Shown: piece after piece, positions 16,945-26,101 of the stretch
How the letters are laid out: every line of letters begins with the position of its first letter
Numbering within the stretch: the stretch's first letter is position 1
Notes under the pieces: generated by a model
What the model saw: the letters and a program-made list of their open reading frames with translations, nothing else
What the model was told of the DNA's origin: nothing
Database searches by the model: none
IMG/VR virus record: IMGVR_UViG_3300029448_000053
Location: 1 to 55,101 of that record
Reading direction: 5' to 3' (one strand)
DNA: 55,101 nt
DNA from: a virus
Taxonomy: Duplodnaviria > Caudoviricetes
Position numbers and translations under genes: made by a program

Positions 16945-19644
16945 ATGTATGAAAATGCAATGAACACAGATAGTGGTTTAGGCATGATTTTTGCTATGCT
17001 ATGGGTATTCCTACTCATGGGCGCAGTAATGACGGCCTTCATCACCCAACGATTAGAAGAAACAATGCGAATGCGTGTTGGACTCGAAATAGAAGTTCTA
17101 CGGAACGACCATACCGAGAATGCACCCAACCACTCAATTGCGACTTGGCTTGACATGAAAGCGGCCGCCGAAGGCGACGCCTACAATCAAGCGTATGAAA
17201 AGACACGAAAGAAGCGTGTCAGCATGTATCGAAAGACTCGTGCGAAGCGGCGAGAGGCAATACATAAAGCCCTGCCCCATTCATACTACAATAGACGTTT
17301 TAGAGTTCGTGATGAGTCGTGGTCTCAAGGCCGCACTGCACCACATACCAAAGTCATACCCGATGGTTCACTATCGAGTGGTGGCTTTGAAGTCGTGTCG
17401 CACCCTTTAACAGATGGTGCACATCATGGTTGGATTGCCACACTTGGTAGACTACTACGACACATAACTCGTATTGACCGCTCATGTGGGCTTCATGTCC
17501 ACATTGGCCTAAGAGACCCCGACGCTAATTTTGGCGACGGCGGTCAACTTACAATGACCGATGCAAAATCAATTGCTGGTCGAGTTGCTTGGGCCTATGC
17601 TTACTTCACCGATGCTTTCAACCAGATTGTATCACCGAGTAGACACTCCGGTCAATACTGCCAACGGTCCTACCATATGCTTCGGACTCACCCGAACCCA
17701 ACAAACCACACTACACGCCGACGAGACACTCATGTGATGGATAACCCATCACAGGAAGCCTACATACTTGATGGGACACATGAATACGAACAACTGTATG
17801 ACAATGACCCAAGTGAAGGATATGTAATCTACCGAGTTGAAAAACTTGAAGGGCAGACCTTGTGGCATAAAATGTATGACAACGCACGGAGTCATGGTCG
17901 TTATTACCATCTCAATGTGTGCAGTCTCCTTGACAGGCCCTTTGGCACTGTCGAGTTCCGTCAACATCAAGGAACATCAAACCCAGTGAAAATGAGTAAC
18001 TGGGTCGACTTATGCTATGAGTTTGTATTGCGGTGCGCCAGTGTCGAAAACTTTAATGGAATACAGGCATACTCACAGGACCTCAAAGGACTGTGGGCAT
18101 TCCTTGACTATGCGGAGGATGACCCAGTGGTTGACTATTATACCAAGCGTGCATATGTTCTAAATGGAGGCAACTTCATACGGGACTGCGACAATTGCGG
18201 TAGTAATACCTGTGTGCATTACGAGTGTGTAACAAAACTTGACAGCGACATTTCCGATGACGCCAAAAGATTCTTTGCCAACTCTCGTGATTGGTCTTGT
18301 TATGACTGCGGTAGTAGTAATTACCTTAGTGAGATTAACACTGAATATGAAACTGCTCACTGTGAATACTGCGACAATGAAGTGTCAATACACTGTTCCG
18401 GTGCAATTGCATCACTCGCCCTCGGCCTCTTTGTAGCCGCACCACTCGTGGGTGCAGTTGCACTGGTAGTCGGATGCGGTATAGGTGCAATCCATGTTGG
18501 TGCCAAGAAGTTCCAATCAAAGAAGAACTTCAAGCGTTTGTTCAATGACCTCGCAGTGCGTGGTGGACAAGCGTCTGGTTTTGCGTGGCAAAAGTCCAAA
18601 GGTGGCGAGACATCCGAACTGTGGTATATCAAATCGCCCACTCCCTCGACTCATCTCAAGAAGCGTGTCGATGACCTTGTAAAAGGCGACACTATTTGGA
18701 TAATGGGACATACTCGATTTGCCACACACGGTGAAAACAATTCCGACAATGCACACCCGCACTGGAGTCCAGACGGACACATAACACTTATTCACAACGG
18801 TGTTGTAGGTAATTATGACAAGGTGTGGAAAACCCTCGGCCTCAAACCGACGGGTCCAGTAGACAGCCAAGCAGTTGCCGCCGCTCTCGAAGTTGGTGGT
18901 ATCGAAAAGGTTGTTGAACTGTGCGTGGGCAATATGTCATTGATTTGGTCGGACAACCGAGACCCGAAAGGGACACTCAAGTTCTGGACAAACGGTGGCA
19001 ACCCACTATGTGCTGGTAGACTACATCATCCAAACAAAGGTCCACTCGTCATAGCATCGACATTACCAATCCTCAAGCAGTCTCAAAAGGGCTTGAAAAC
19101 ACACTGGTCGTGCACTATCGGAACTGAATACACAGTTCACCCCGATGGTTCAATCGAAAAGCGTGATATTGAAGGAAGTGAGGATAGTGTCGGTGTTGGC
19201 ATGTATAACTGGCGAACATATGCGAGCCTATACGGTGGTAAGTCAAAGTCCAACAAGACTCGGACTATTACAGTCAACGCACCAACGGGTAAAGCCGATG
19301 GTGTGGCTGATAATTGCACACTACCCGATGTATCGGACAGTTACGAATACGATGACATGGTGCTCAACGATGTTCTAAATGACGTGTGGGCACAGATGAG
19401 CATAGATGGTTGGATTCCAATTGACGAATACCACGGTTACGACACACAGACACATGTTGGCGTGCGGCCCGATGGAACATCCTACAAACTACCAAATTAC
19501 TACGGTGGTAAGGCTATGGACCCAGTTATGGACACAGACCAAATGGTAATGGTATTGCGTGGCGAGTTTGACCCACGCACTACGACCAAAGGATTCAATG
19601 AAGTAGAATCCTACTGGAATGACGTGCAGGAATACTACAACTAA
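16945..19644 (+). CDS. Fusion: TM + amidoligase (COOH-NH2 ligase) + Zn ribbons + TM + class II glutamine amidotransferase
   Basis: VGLEIEV, DGSL...GFEVVS, SCGLHVHIG, RYYHLN, TVEFRQHQGT (amidoligase); CGIG, RGGQASG, GHTRFATHG, NAHPH, HNGVVGNY, VDSQ (GATase II); GGAGG SD. Confidence 0.85.
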   Translation: MYENAMNTDSGLGMIFAMLWVFLLMGAVMTAFITQRLEETMRMRVGLEIEVLRNDHTENAPNHSIATWLDMKAAAEGDAYNQAYEKTRKKRVSMYRKTRAKRREAIHKALPHSYYNRRFRVRDESWSQGRTAPHTKVIPDGSLSSGGFEVVSHPLTDGAHHGWIATLGRLLRHITRIDRSCGLHVHIGLRDPDANFGDGGQLTMTDAKSIAGRVAWAYAYFTDAFNQIVSPSRHSGQYCQRSYHMLRTHPNPTNHTTRRRDTHVMDNPSQEAYILDGTHEYEQLYDNDPSEGYVIYRVEKLEGQTLWHKMYDNARSHGRYYHLNVCSLLDRPFGTVEFRQHQGTSNPVKMSNWVDLCYEFVLRCASVENFNGIQAYSQDLKGLWAFLDYAEDDPVVDYYTKRAYVLNGGNFIRDCDNCGSNTCVHYECVTKLDSDISDDAKRFFANSRDWSCYDCGSSNYLSEINTEYETAHCEYCDNEVSIHCSGAIASLALGLFVAAPLVGAVALVVGCGIGAIHVGAKKFQSKKNFKRLFNDLAVRGGQASGFAWQKSKGGETSELWYIKSPTPSTHLKKRVDDLVKGDTIWIMGHTRFATHGENNSDNAHPHWSPDGHITLIHNGVVGNYDKVWKTLGLKPTGPVDSQAVAAALEVGGIEKVVELCVGNMSLIWSDNRDPKGTLKFWTNGGNPLCAGRLHHPNKGPLVIASTLPILKQSQKGLKTHWSCTIGTEYTVHPDGSIEKRDIEGSEDSVGVGMYNWRTYASLYGGKSKSNKTRTITVNAPTGKADGVADNCTLPDVSDSYEYDDMVLNDVLNDVWAQMSIDGWIPIDEYHGYDTQTHVGVRPDGTSYKLPNYYGGKAMDPVMDTDQMVMVLRGEFDPRTTTKGFNEVESYWNDVQEYYN

Positions 19645-19659
19645 GCATTGTTTCTTTAA

Positions 19660-19833
19660 TCGACCGATGTCCTTAGTGTAATACACACTGAGGTTCCTTA
19701 ACCGATGGTTGAGGTTGCCGCCAATCTTGGGGCTTCGGCCCCTTGAGAGGCCCCCGCTGGCGAGCGGTTTACAAATACGCATTCACATTCCAGCCTTCGG
19801 GCATTCCTATTCCCTCACAGGGAGGTATAACAA
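19660..19833 (+). other. Repeated structured leader, unit 1
   Basis: TTAACCGATGGTTGAGG, GGGGC-TTCG-GCCCC hairpin, CGCTGGCGAGCG, TACAAATACGC, CACAGGGAGGTATAACAAATG. Confidence 0.55.
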
Positions 19834-19935
19834 ATGATGACTGCAAATGAAATTGAAGATGCAATAATCGCTGAACAAGTGGCTATTGATACTGCAAACA
19901 AAGAAGCATGGGCATTGGCTATTAGTCAATGCTAA
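19834..19935 (+). CDS. Mini-ORF, 33 aa (MMTANEIEDAIIAEQVAIDTANKEAWALAISQC)
   Basis: Strong GGAGGT SD; not in the track. Confidence 0.6.
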   Translation: MMTANEIEDAIIAEQVAIDTANKEAWALAISQC

Positions 19936-19954
19936 GTAATTGTAATACAATTAC

Positions 19955-20079
19955 TACTGTTAAACCGATGACTTGGCATACTCCAAGACGGCTGAGGAGC
20001 CACCCCAAATAGATGCGACCGTCGTGGGCGCTATACAAATACACGCATATTCCCCCACAGGAAAGGAGGTAAAACAAAC
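19955..20079 (+). other. Repeated structured leader, unit 2
   Basis: TTAAACCGATG...GACGGCTGAGGAGCCACCC...ATGCG...GCGCTATACAAATACACGC...CACAGGAAAGGAGGTAAAACAAAC. Confidence 0.55.
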
Positions 20080-20415
20080 ATGGATAAATACAAGCAACAA
20101 ATTATGCAACTGTATGCTACGCTACTGCGTGCACACATAGCATTACTTGATGAGATATTGGATGCGGCTACAAGTAAAGCCGCACGCCGATGTGCAACCA
20201 AAGCCAGTGAGCAAATCTGCTCAACTGTGTATCATTTGATACATGACACTGGTGTTATGCCCAACAGCCACATGATACCATATATCGACGACTTGGCCCC
20301 AACAGCCGACGACTTCGATTTCGGTCTCATGCACTCTGTTCGGGATATGGAGAAGCAAGTGTTCCCGTCGACAGTCGGCGGTCGCACTGGCTTCGGCCTA
20401 TACCCAAGCAACTGA
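20080..20415 (+). CDS. Hypothetical protein, 111 aa
   Basis: GGAGGT SD within the shared leader. Confidence 0.65.
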   Translation: MDKYKQQIMQLYATLLRAHIALLDEILDAATSKAARRCATKASEQICSTVYHLIHDTGVMPNSHMIPYIDDLAPTADDFDFGLMHSVRDMEKQVFPSTVGGRTGFGLYPSN

Positions 20416-20565
20416 TGTCTCATTAGTAATCCAGTATATCGGTAGGCCGTAGATAACTCGGCACTACTGTTCCCGAAAGGGTAGCCGCACTGCCCCTCGC
20501 TTCGGCGGGGGGTGGTGCCCAACACCTCCTCTCACATCACACTCCACACAGGAGGTATAACAAAA

Positions 20566-20676
20566 ATGGAAAATGAATGGGAATGCGGTTGCATTCAAAC
20601 AGGAACAAATTGGATTCTGTGCAAAGACTGTAAGGCGGCGCGTGAGCACCCTCTTGCATGTGCTTGTTGCCAGTAA
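20566..20676 (+). CDS. Cys-rich mini-ORF, 36 aa (MENEWECGCIQTGTNWILCKDCKAAREHPLACACCQ)
   Basis: CACAGGAGGTATAACAAAAATG leader; 7 Cys; not in the track. Confidence 0.6.
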   Translation: MENEWECGCIQTGTNWILCKDCKAAREHPLACACCQ

Positions 20677-20715
20677 GCATAATCCAAATGCCAAGCCAAA
20701 AATACCAAATGGATG

Positions 20716-20822
20716 ACGGGCATTTTAACCCGACGGTTGAGGAACCACCCACATAAATGCGCTGGCGAGCGCCATATAAATACGCTTCATTTTTTTTATC
20801 ACAGGTAGAGGATGACAAACAG
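20716..20822 (+). other. Repeated structured leader, unit 4 (no intact ORF follows)
   Basis: TTAACCCGACGGTTGAGGAACCACCC...ATGCGCTGGCGAGCGCCATATAAATACGC...CACAGG. Confidence 0.55.
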
Positions 20823-20892
20823 ATAGTCAGTAGACTATGCTCCCCGTCGTGGGGGATGGATGGGCATGACTGGAGATGCTCTCTCTCTCTCT

Positions 20893-20963
20893 TATAGTCT
20901 TAAGACTTAAGACTATACCACATGCGCTAAGGAGAGCGATTTTTGGCGGCGAAAAATCCAAAC
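20893..20963 (+). repeat. Tripartite ~72-bp element, copy C
   Basis: TATAGTCTTA-N28-GGAGAGCGATTTTT...AAAAATCCAAAC. Confidence 0.7.
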
Positions 20964-21023
20964 ATTCGCACACGCACACACACATGCGTCATACACTGCT
21001 AAAACCGAGGCTCTCTACGCACA

Positions 21024-21095
21024 TATAGTCTTAAGACTAATCCCCCCACCATACACGTATTAGGAGAGCGGTTTTTCACCTAAAAAAATCCAAAT
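21024..21095 (+). repeat. Tripartite ~72-bp element, copy D
   Basis: TATAGTCTTA-N29-GGAGAGCGGTTTTT...AAAAATCCAAAT. Confidence 0.7.
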
Positions 21096-21457
21096 CAAAA
21101 TGCTTATGAGGCACACACACATGCACATATGTGCGTATATACGGTGCCGAATCCCTACGAAAAAGCCCCTAAACAGGCGAAAAAGCGAACATATGTGCGG
21201 AATCAGGCGCAAAACACCGGCAAAACGCCGAAAAACGAGGCACTTGTATCTGTGTGGGTAGGCTCACACGCTACATGCGAGTATTTCGATTACGCCAAAA
21301 ACCAAACATGTTATAATGCGTATGTGCTGGAACTCTCTACTTTCGCACCCGTTCCGCATACACATCCATACATGACGCATATATCTACGCTTACGCATAG
21401 GGCCAGCAAACAGTGGAGCAGTGGTCTCTTTAAGTATCGAATGTAGGGGGAGAATCC

Positions 21458-21474
21458 TAATATACCGGCGGCCT
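21458..21474 (+). promoter_or_regulatory. TATA-type promoter opening the early gene run
   Basis: TAATATACCGGCGGCC ~30 nt before ATG 21489; related motifs at 23033, 25081, 26071, 27635 and 29092. Confidence 0.55.
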
Positions 21475-21488
21475 CACATTTCACTTTG

Positions 21489-21896
21489 ATGGCAACCGAA
21501 ACGGAAACCAACGAAGCGAGAGGCTCACTGAGTCTCGATAACCTACAAGACGGCACCTATTGGTTGGCCGACGGCATTTTACGCCGGTCTGGGGCGACCA
21601 AAGGATATTGGGTAGCCTCGCATAGAGGCACAGACGCCCTGCTTGACCGAGAATTAACGCTGTATCACCCCGCCGTAACTGGAGCGACTGTAAAGGCCAT
21701 GCTTGAAGCCCCTCGAATCCTTAACCAAAGCCGCACATTTTATGTGGGTGTTTGGACTGATAAATCCGGCAACCAACATCTCGACTACGCATACCATGTG
21801 GATAAGTATAACGAGGCTATGTCAATCGCAAAATACAGAAAGCAACTCGCATTTTGGGATATTGGCATGGGTCGTGAAGTGGTGGTGAACCAATGA
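21489..21896 (+). CDS. Hypothetical early protein
   Basis: 135 aa, apparently leaderless; YVGVW...HLD...QLAFWD segment. Confidence 0.7.
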   Translation: MATETETNEARGSLSLDNLQDGTYWLADGILRRSGATKGYWVASHRGTDALLDRELTLYHPAVTGATVKAMLEAPRILNQSRTFYVGVWTDKSGNQHLDYAYHVDKYNEAMSIAKYRKQLAFWDIGMGREVVVNQ

Positions 21897-22300
21897 GCGA
21901 ACCGGATTATACCTCCGAATTAGCCTATCTCGCAGATGGGTGTGCGCCTTTGCATAAGGCAGAGGTGGAATACATCAATGTTGACCGAAAATCCAAACAT
22001 TTCGGTGAGCGAAAGACCATGATGAGCACCTTCATGTGTCTACAACCGAGCGAGACATCCGAAGTCGCACCTGTATGTGGCGGTGCAATCTATCGTTTCG
22101 GTGGGGATGGAACATGGTGTGCCTCATGTGGCCCCATACAAATCTCCAAATCACGCCTCAATAAGCAGTCTTGGTCGGCAATCATTTCAGGTTGGGTTCA
22201 GCGAAAGGCCCATCATGGATGGCTGTGCAATTGGACTGAGACCGAACAAGCCGAAGCCGAAGCACAGTGGCAGTCGGACATGGATAGGTGTGAACTATGA
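21893..22300 (+). CDS. Hypothetical Cys-containing protein
   Basis: ATGA-coupled; WCASCG motif. Confidence 0.65.
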   Translation: MSEPDYTSELAYLADGCAPLHKAEVEYINVDRKSKHFGERKTMMSTFMCLQPSETSEVAPVCGGAIYRFGGDGTWCASCGPIQISKSRLNKQSWSAIISGWVQRKAHHGWLCNWTETEQAEAEAQWQSDMDRCEL

Positions 22301-23000
22301 GTCCAAGACTACCCACATACACACGCTTTAGAGCGGCGAATGCTTTCATGTTCGATTTGCCCTCCGAGTTCACATACATGCCCTTAGACATCAGTGCTCG
22401 CCGGCAAATATCCAAGCGTGTATGGGTGTATGAGAGGCTCGACTTATCGAAAATCGAGGTGGTCGCATGAGTGCCGTTGAAATCATGGGCTACGAAGCCG
22501 CCGTCAAAAGCCCTGCCGTTTGCATGGTGTCATACTGGCACTACTTCGGCGTGGATGAGATATGCGAATGCAATACCTGCATGGATAAACACGGGGTGAG
22601 CGAATGAGCGATTGGTTTTCCGGCGAGATTTTCAAGCCGTCATTTGGATTCACTCGAATAAAATTACAGTATGTAACAAGATTGCCTCCTGTCGCACGAG
22701 ACAAGAAAGGCAACACTTACACATGGCACTCATACAAGGCATACTGGCGAAAGGATGAGGTGAGCGAATGATTACAGCGTGGCTAATACGCATGACGATT
22801 CGATACAACAGGTGGCGATTTCAATGAGCGAATGGTGTCCGAAGAAGAAAGAAGAATGGATGGGTAGATGGTATGAATTACGAGATACCCGAAACGAGAT
22901 TGAAAGAATCGAAAAAGGAATAGCCAAATATCAAGAATTGATTGCCGAAAAAGAAAGGGTATTGAAAATACTCAAGGCTAAATTGGAGGCGATTGAATGA
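22297..23000 (+). CDS. Chain of five ATGA-coupled mini-genes (22297-22470, 22467-22607, 22604-22771, 22768-22827, 22824-23000)
   Basis: Each start overlaps the previous stop and has a GGTG SD; most are below the track cutoff. Confidence 0.55.
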
Positions 23001-23098
23001 GTCGAGCATTCCGAGCCGATAGAGACCGAACACTATATATGGGGGAGGCCACCCATAGTAAAACAACGGCCAACAAACCGAAACAAGGAGAACTGAAA

Positions 23099-23803
23099 AT
23101 GAAAACAGCAACACAGAAAATAGACGAAGCGATTGAGCGAGATAATGAAACAGGTTATGCCTGTGGCACTCTCGTGAATGATATAGACCTACTTAGACGA
23201 ATGGGATTCAGCGACGAAGAGTTGTTGATTCGACTTACTGAGATGGGGTTGATTGAATGAGAACAGCAATGGATGAATTGAAAGAAACGATAGACGAAAA
23301 GTTCGATGAACTCTCACACATGCTCATCGAGGACTACCCGACCGGATATGCAAAAGCAACCACAGGCGAGAAAATGTCTTGGTTCGATGGTTATGTAGCC
23401 GCACTCGAATGGATAATGGGGATGATTGAATGAGGGATATGAGCATAGATGTAACACCATCACGGAAACAATATGTGCGAATGCTCTATTTCCTTATCAT
23501 ACATTCTACGATTGATGATGACAAGGCATGGGCCGAAGAACAACTGGGCAAACTCGAAGTCTCACAGTTCTTGGTCGGTCGCTTGGAGGCGGTAGTATGA
23601 GCGTAGCAGTAGATAGCACAGTCTTTGCGGATTGCCCACATTGCCGTAGTGAAAATGACGCAATAGACCTATGGGATGCAAACATTGAGTCATTCGATGG
23701 CGACCAAGTAACAATGCGAGCCGAGGTATCATGCGAGACATGCGGTGAGTCATACAGCGTCATATGGTATTCAACCATTCACAGCACGGAGGTGGAGGAA
23801 TGA
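23099..23803 (+). CDS. Chain of four coupled small genes (23099-23260, 23257-23433, 23430-23600, 23597-23803; last is a CxxC...CxxC Zn ribbon)
   Basis: ATGA overlaps and SD motifs; CPHC...CETC in the last gene. Confidence 0.55.
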
Positions 23804-25083
23804 GTAAGCACGAGATAGTCGTTGCAGTCGCATCAAAGCCACGTATCGAGAAGTTGCTCGCTCGCCTTGAGAGGGCACATGACATGCGAGGATTGGATTT
23901 CTCGTATGATTTCACGGGCCTGTGGACTCGAAAGCGTCGAGTAGGCCCAAATGCGTTCATACATGAGACTGTGCAAACACTTGAGGTGAACATGGAGGAA
24001 CTCTCCGATGACTGGCAAATGCTATTCAAGACCGAGCCGGTGGATATTAACGCCGATATTCTTGACGGTTCACCTGCGATACGCAAATGGAACCCAATGA
24101 TAAACAGTGAAGACCATGCGATTGAGGCTATTCATGGCGACTTCGAGGACAAGTGCGACCATTGCACATCAGGTCGTCGTGGTCGTCATAGAACATACAC
24201 GCTCCAGCGTCGAGATGACCCTTCGATTACAAAAACGGTAGGCTCATCATGCCTGTATGAATACACGGCCATAGACCCTGCGGATGTCGAAGCATTACTT
24301 CGATTGAAAGGATATGCCGAGGCCGGATATACAGGACCTCGTAATAGACGCACACACCCAAGCATGGGCTTGGGCGACTTTGCACTGCTCGCTGGAGTAT
24401 GGGCATACAACGGATTACATTATCAAAAAGGACTCGGTAGTATGTTCTTCAACCAAGTGATATTTGCCAAGTATCAAGGTAGAGGTAAGCATGACTTAGG
24501 CCATTACAGAAGCGACGACCAAAAGTTTGTTGCCGTGATTAAGGGCGTAGAAGGATTGACTGGTGAAGGTGGATTGCTTGACGGTGATGTCGAGTTCAAT
24601 TTGGCCGTAGTAACTCATGCCAACAACTACATGCTCTACATGCGTGAACTCGCAGGTGTGAACTCGTTTGAGCAAAATGTGCGGAACATAGCCAAAGCAG
24701 GTGTTGTTACCAACAAAACAGCGAACCTCGCAGGGGGAGCGATTGGTGGCTACATCCGTGAGAACAAAAGACGTGCTATGATACACCTTCGAGAAGCACA
24801 GGAACGTAAGCAGTCGAACTCGAAGTGGGTTGGCGAAGTGGGTAAGCGACAATCATTTGGTGAATGCACAGTAGCGTTCACCCGTAGGCTTGAGAATCAG
24901 TGGGGTTCAACCACACTTACACGCTTCACGGATAGCCAAGACAACATACTGGTGTGGTTCCGTAGCGGAGACCATAACGATTTACAGGTGGGGATGAAGG
25001 TGAACCTCGTCGCCACCGTCAAAAAGCATGACTCCTACAAGGAGGCACAGCAAACAACGATTACAAGGGGGAGGATAGAGTGA
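23800..25083 (+). CDS. Zn-finger and C-terminal OB-fold protein, probably nucleic-acid binding
   Basis: CDHC...VGSSC; C-terminal WVGEVGKR...FTDSQDNILVWF...ATVKKHDSYKEAQQTTITR. Confidence 0.6.
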   Translation: MSKHEIVVAVASKPRIEKLLARLERAHDMRGLDFSYDFTGLWTRKRRVGPNAFIHETVQTLEVNMEELSDDWQMLFKTEPVDINADILDGSPAIRKWNPMINSEDHAIEAIHGDFEDKCDHCTSGRRGRHRTYTLQRRDDPSITKTVGSSCLYEYTAIDPADVEALLRLKGYAEAGYTGPRNRRTHPSMGLGDFALLAGVWAYNGLHYQKGLGSMFFNQVIFAKYQGRGKHDLGHYRSDDQKFVAVIKGVEGLTGEGGLLDGDVEFNLAVVTHANNYMLYMRELAGVNSFEQNVRNIAKAGVVTNKTANLAGGAIGGYIRENKRRAMIHLREAQERKQSNSKWVGEVGKRQSFGECTVAFTRRLENQWGSTTLTRFTDSQDNILVWFRSGDHNDLQVGMKVNLVATVKKHDSYKEAQQTTITRGRIE

Positions 25084-25126
25084 TATACCGGCGACCCCTA
25101 ATTGAAACGAAAATGGAGGAATTGAT

Positions 25127-25603
25127 TTGAGATACCCAAAAATACCGAAAGACAAGCGAAACGATGTGATTACTATTCACACCGTCGAAACCACCGAGAA
25201 GGTAACAAGTTACTACACAGTAGTAGGATTGAACAAGAAACAAGCGAGGGAGGCCGTTGAAAATGATGGCTACTATGACGCCGATGACAAGTGGGTGAAT
25301 GTGCATTACGATGACGACCACCGAGATTACTCCGGCTCGACAAAGCCCAAAATTAGCGATACAAAGCACTACATACCATGTGTCAACCACAGTGAAGAAA
25401 TGTATAAAACGAGGGAGGGATTTTCCTATCCTTCATACTATAAGTGCACTCAAATTATGGAGATACCCAAGCATGTGCTTGAGGGCCACCGCTATGTTGT
25501 AACCGATAAGGCCGCATGGATTCGACAAAATCCTGTGTGCTATGAATGCCGTAGAAAAATCAAACAGGGCTACACATCGGAGAAGCCGGAGGTGAGTGCA
25601 TGA
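25127..25603 (+). CDS. Hypothetical protein
   Basis: 158 aa; GGAGG SD; CYEC motif. Confidence 0.6.
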   Translation: MRYPKIPKDKRNDVITIHTVETTEKVTSYYTVVGLNKKQAREAVENDGYYDADDKWVNVHYDDDHRDYSGSTKPKISDTKHYIPCVNHSEEMYKTREGFSYPSYYKCTQIMEIPKHVLEGHRYVVTDKAAWIRQNPVCYECRRKIKQGYTSEKPEVSA

Positions 25604-25818
25604 CTACGCATTGGGAATTGCTTAATGTGAAACTTGATACACTACGTGAAACGGCTAAGTGCCGGTGCTTTGCAGTAGCAAAAAAGTTTGACAAGTTGCT
25701 CAAGAATGTAGAGCACGAACCAACCTTTCAGCCTTGTTGCTGGGTGTGTTGCGATTGTAGCATAGACAGACTATTTGACGAGTGGGGCGACGAACTCGAT
25801 GTGGAGGTGAAGGCATGA
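25600..25818 (+). CDS. Cys-rich hypothetical protein
   Basis: ATGA-coupled; PCCWVCCDC. Confidence 0.55.
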   Translation: MTTHWELLNVKLDTLRETAKCRCFAVAKKFDKLLKNVEHEPTFQPCCWVCCDCSIDRLFDEWGDELDVEVKA

Positions 25819-26030
25819 TGTCTACACACGAGATACAGAAAGCCATAGATGAAGCGTGGTTCATAGCCATGTTACTGCATGATGAAATGCACATATCGGG
25901 GCGAGTCAATGAATATACCAAAGACGAACTCGACTGGATGCACGAAGCCGAGGGTGCGTGTCTATGCCACATCAAACAGATGAGCGAACTGCTCGGAGAC
26001 TTCAATCCATTCGGAGGGCGAAAAGCATGA
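25815..26030 (+). CDS. Hypothetical protein
   Basis: ATGA-coupled; GGAGGTGA SD. Confidence 0.55.
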   Translation: MMSTHEIQKAIDEAWFIAMLLHDEMHISGRVNEYTKDELDWMHEAEGACLCHIKQMSELLGDFNPFGGRKA

Positions 26031-26101
26031 GTAGTCCTACGGACTGGTATGATACCACCGACCAAAACGAATATATAGGTCCGGCCCCCCTAAATGAAAA
26101 C

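Noticed and set aside
20716-20790. Resemblance of unit 4 (GGCATTTTAAC...GCGCC..ATAAAT) to SAM-II/SAM-V riboswitches
   Set aside because: The 3' CUAAA-type element is missing, the other units lack the 5' match, and no SAM-related gene follows; kept only as an unassigned motif
14201-21095. 72-bp elements as a CRISPR mini-array or as group I intron core (TATAGTC)
   Set aside because: Copies are dispersed, the two boxes differ from each other, and the TAGTC box is part of a DNA palindrome; no interrupted gene or matching intron core
20537-21556. Track ORFs 20537-20818, 21129-21446 and 21311-21556
   Set aside because: No SD or coupling; they overlap repeats and low-complexity DNA or lie antisense to better-supported mini-genes
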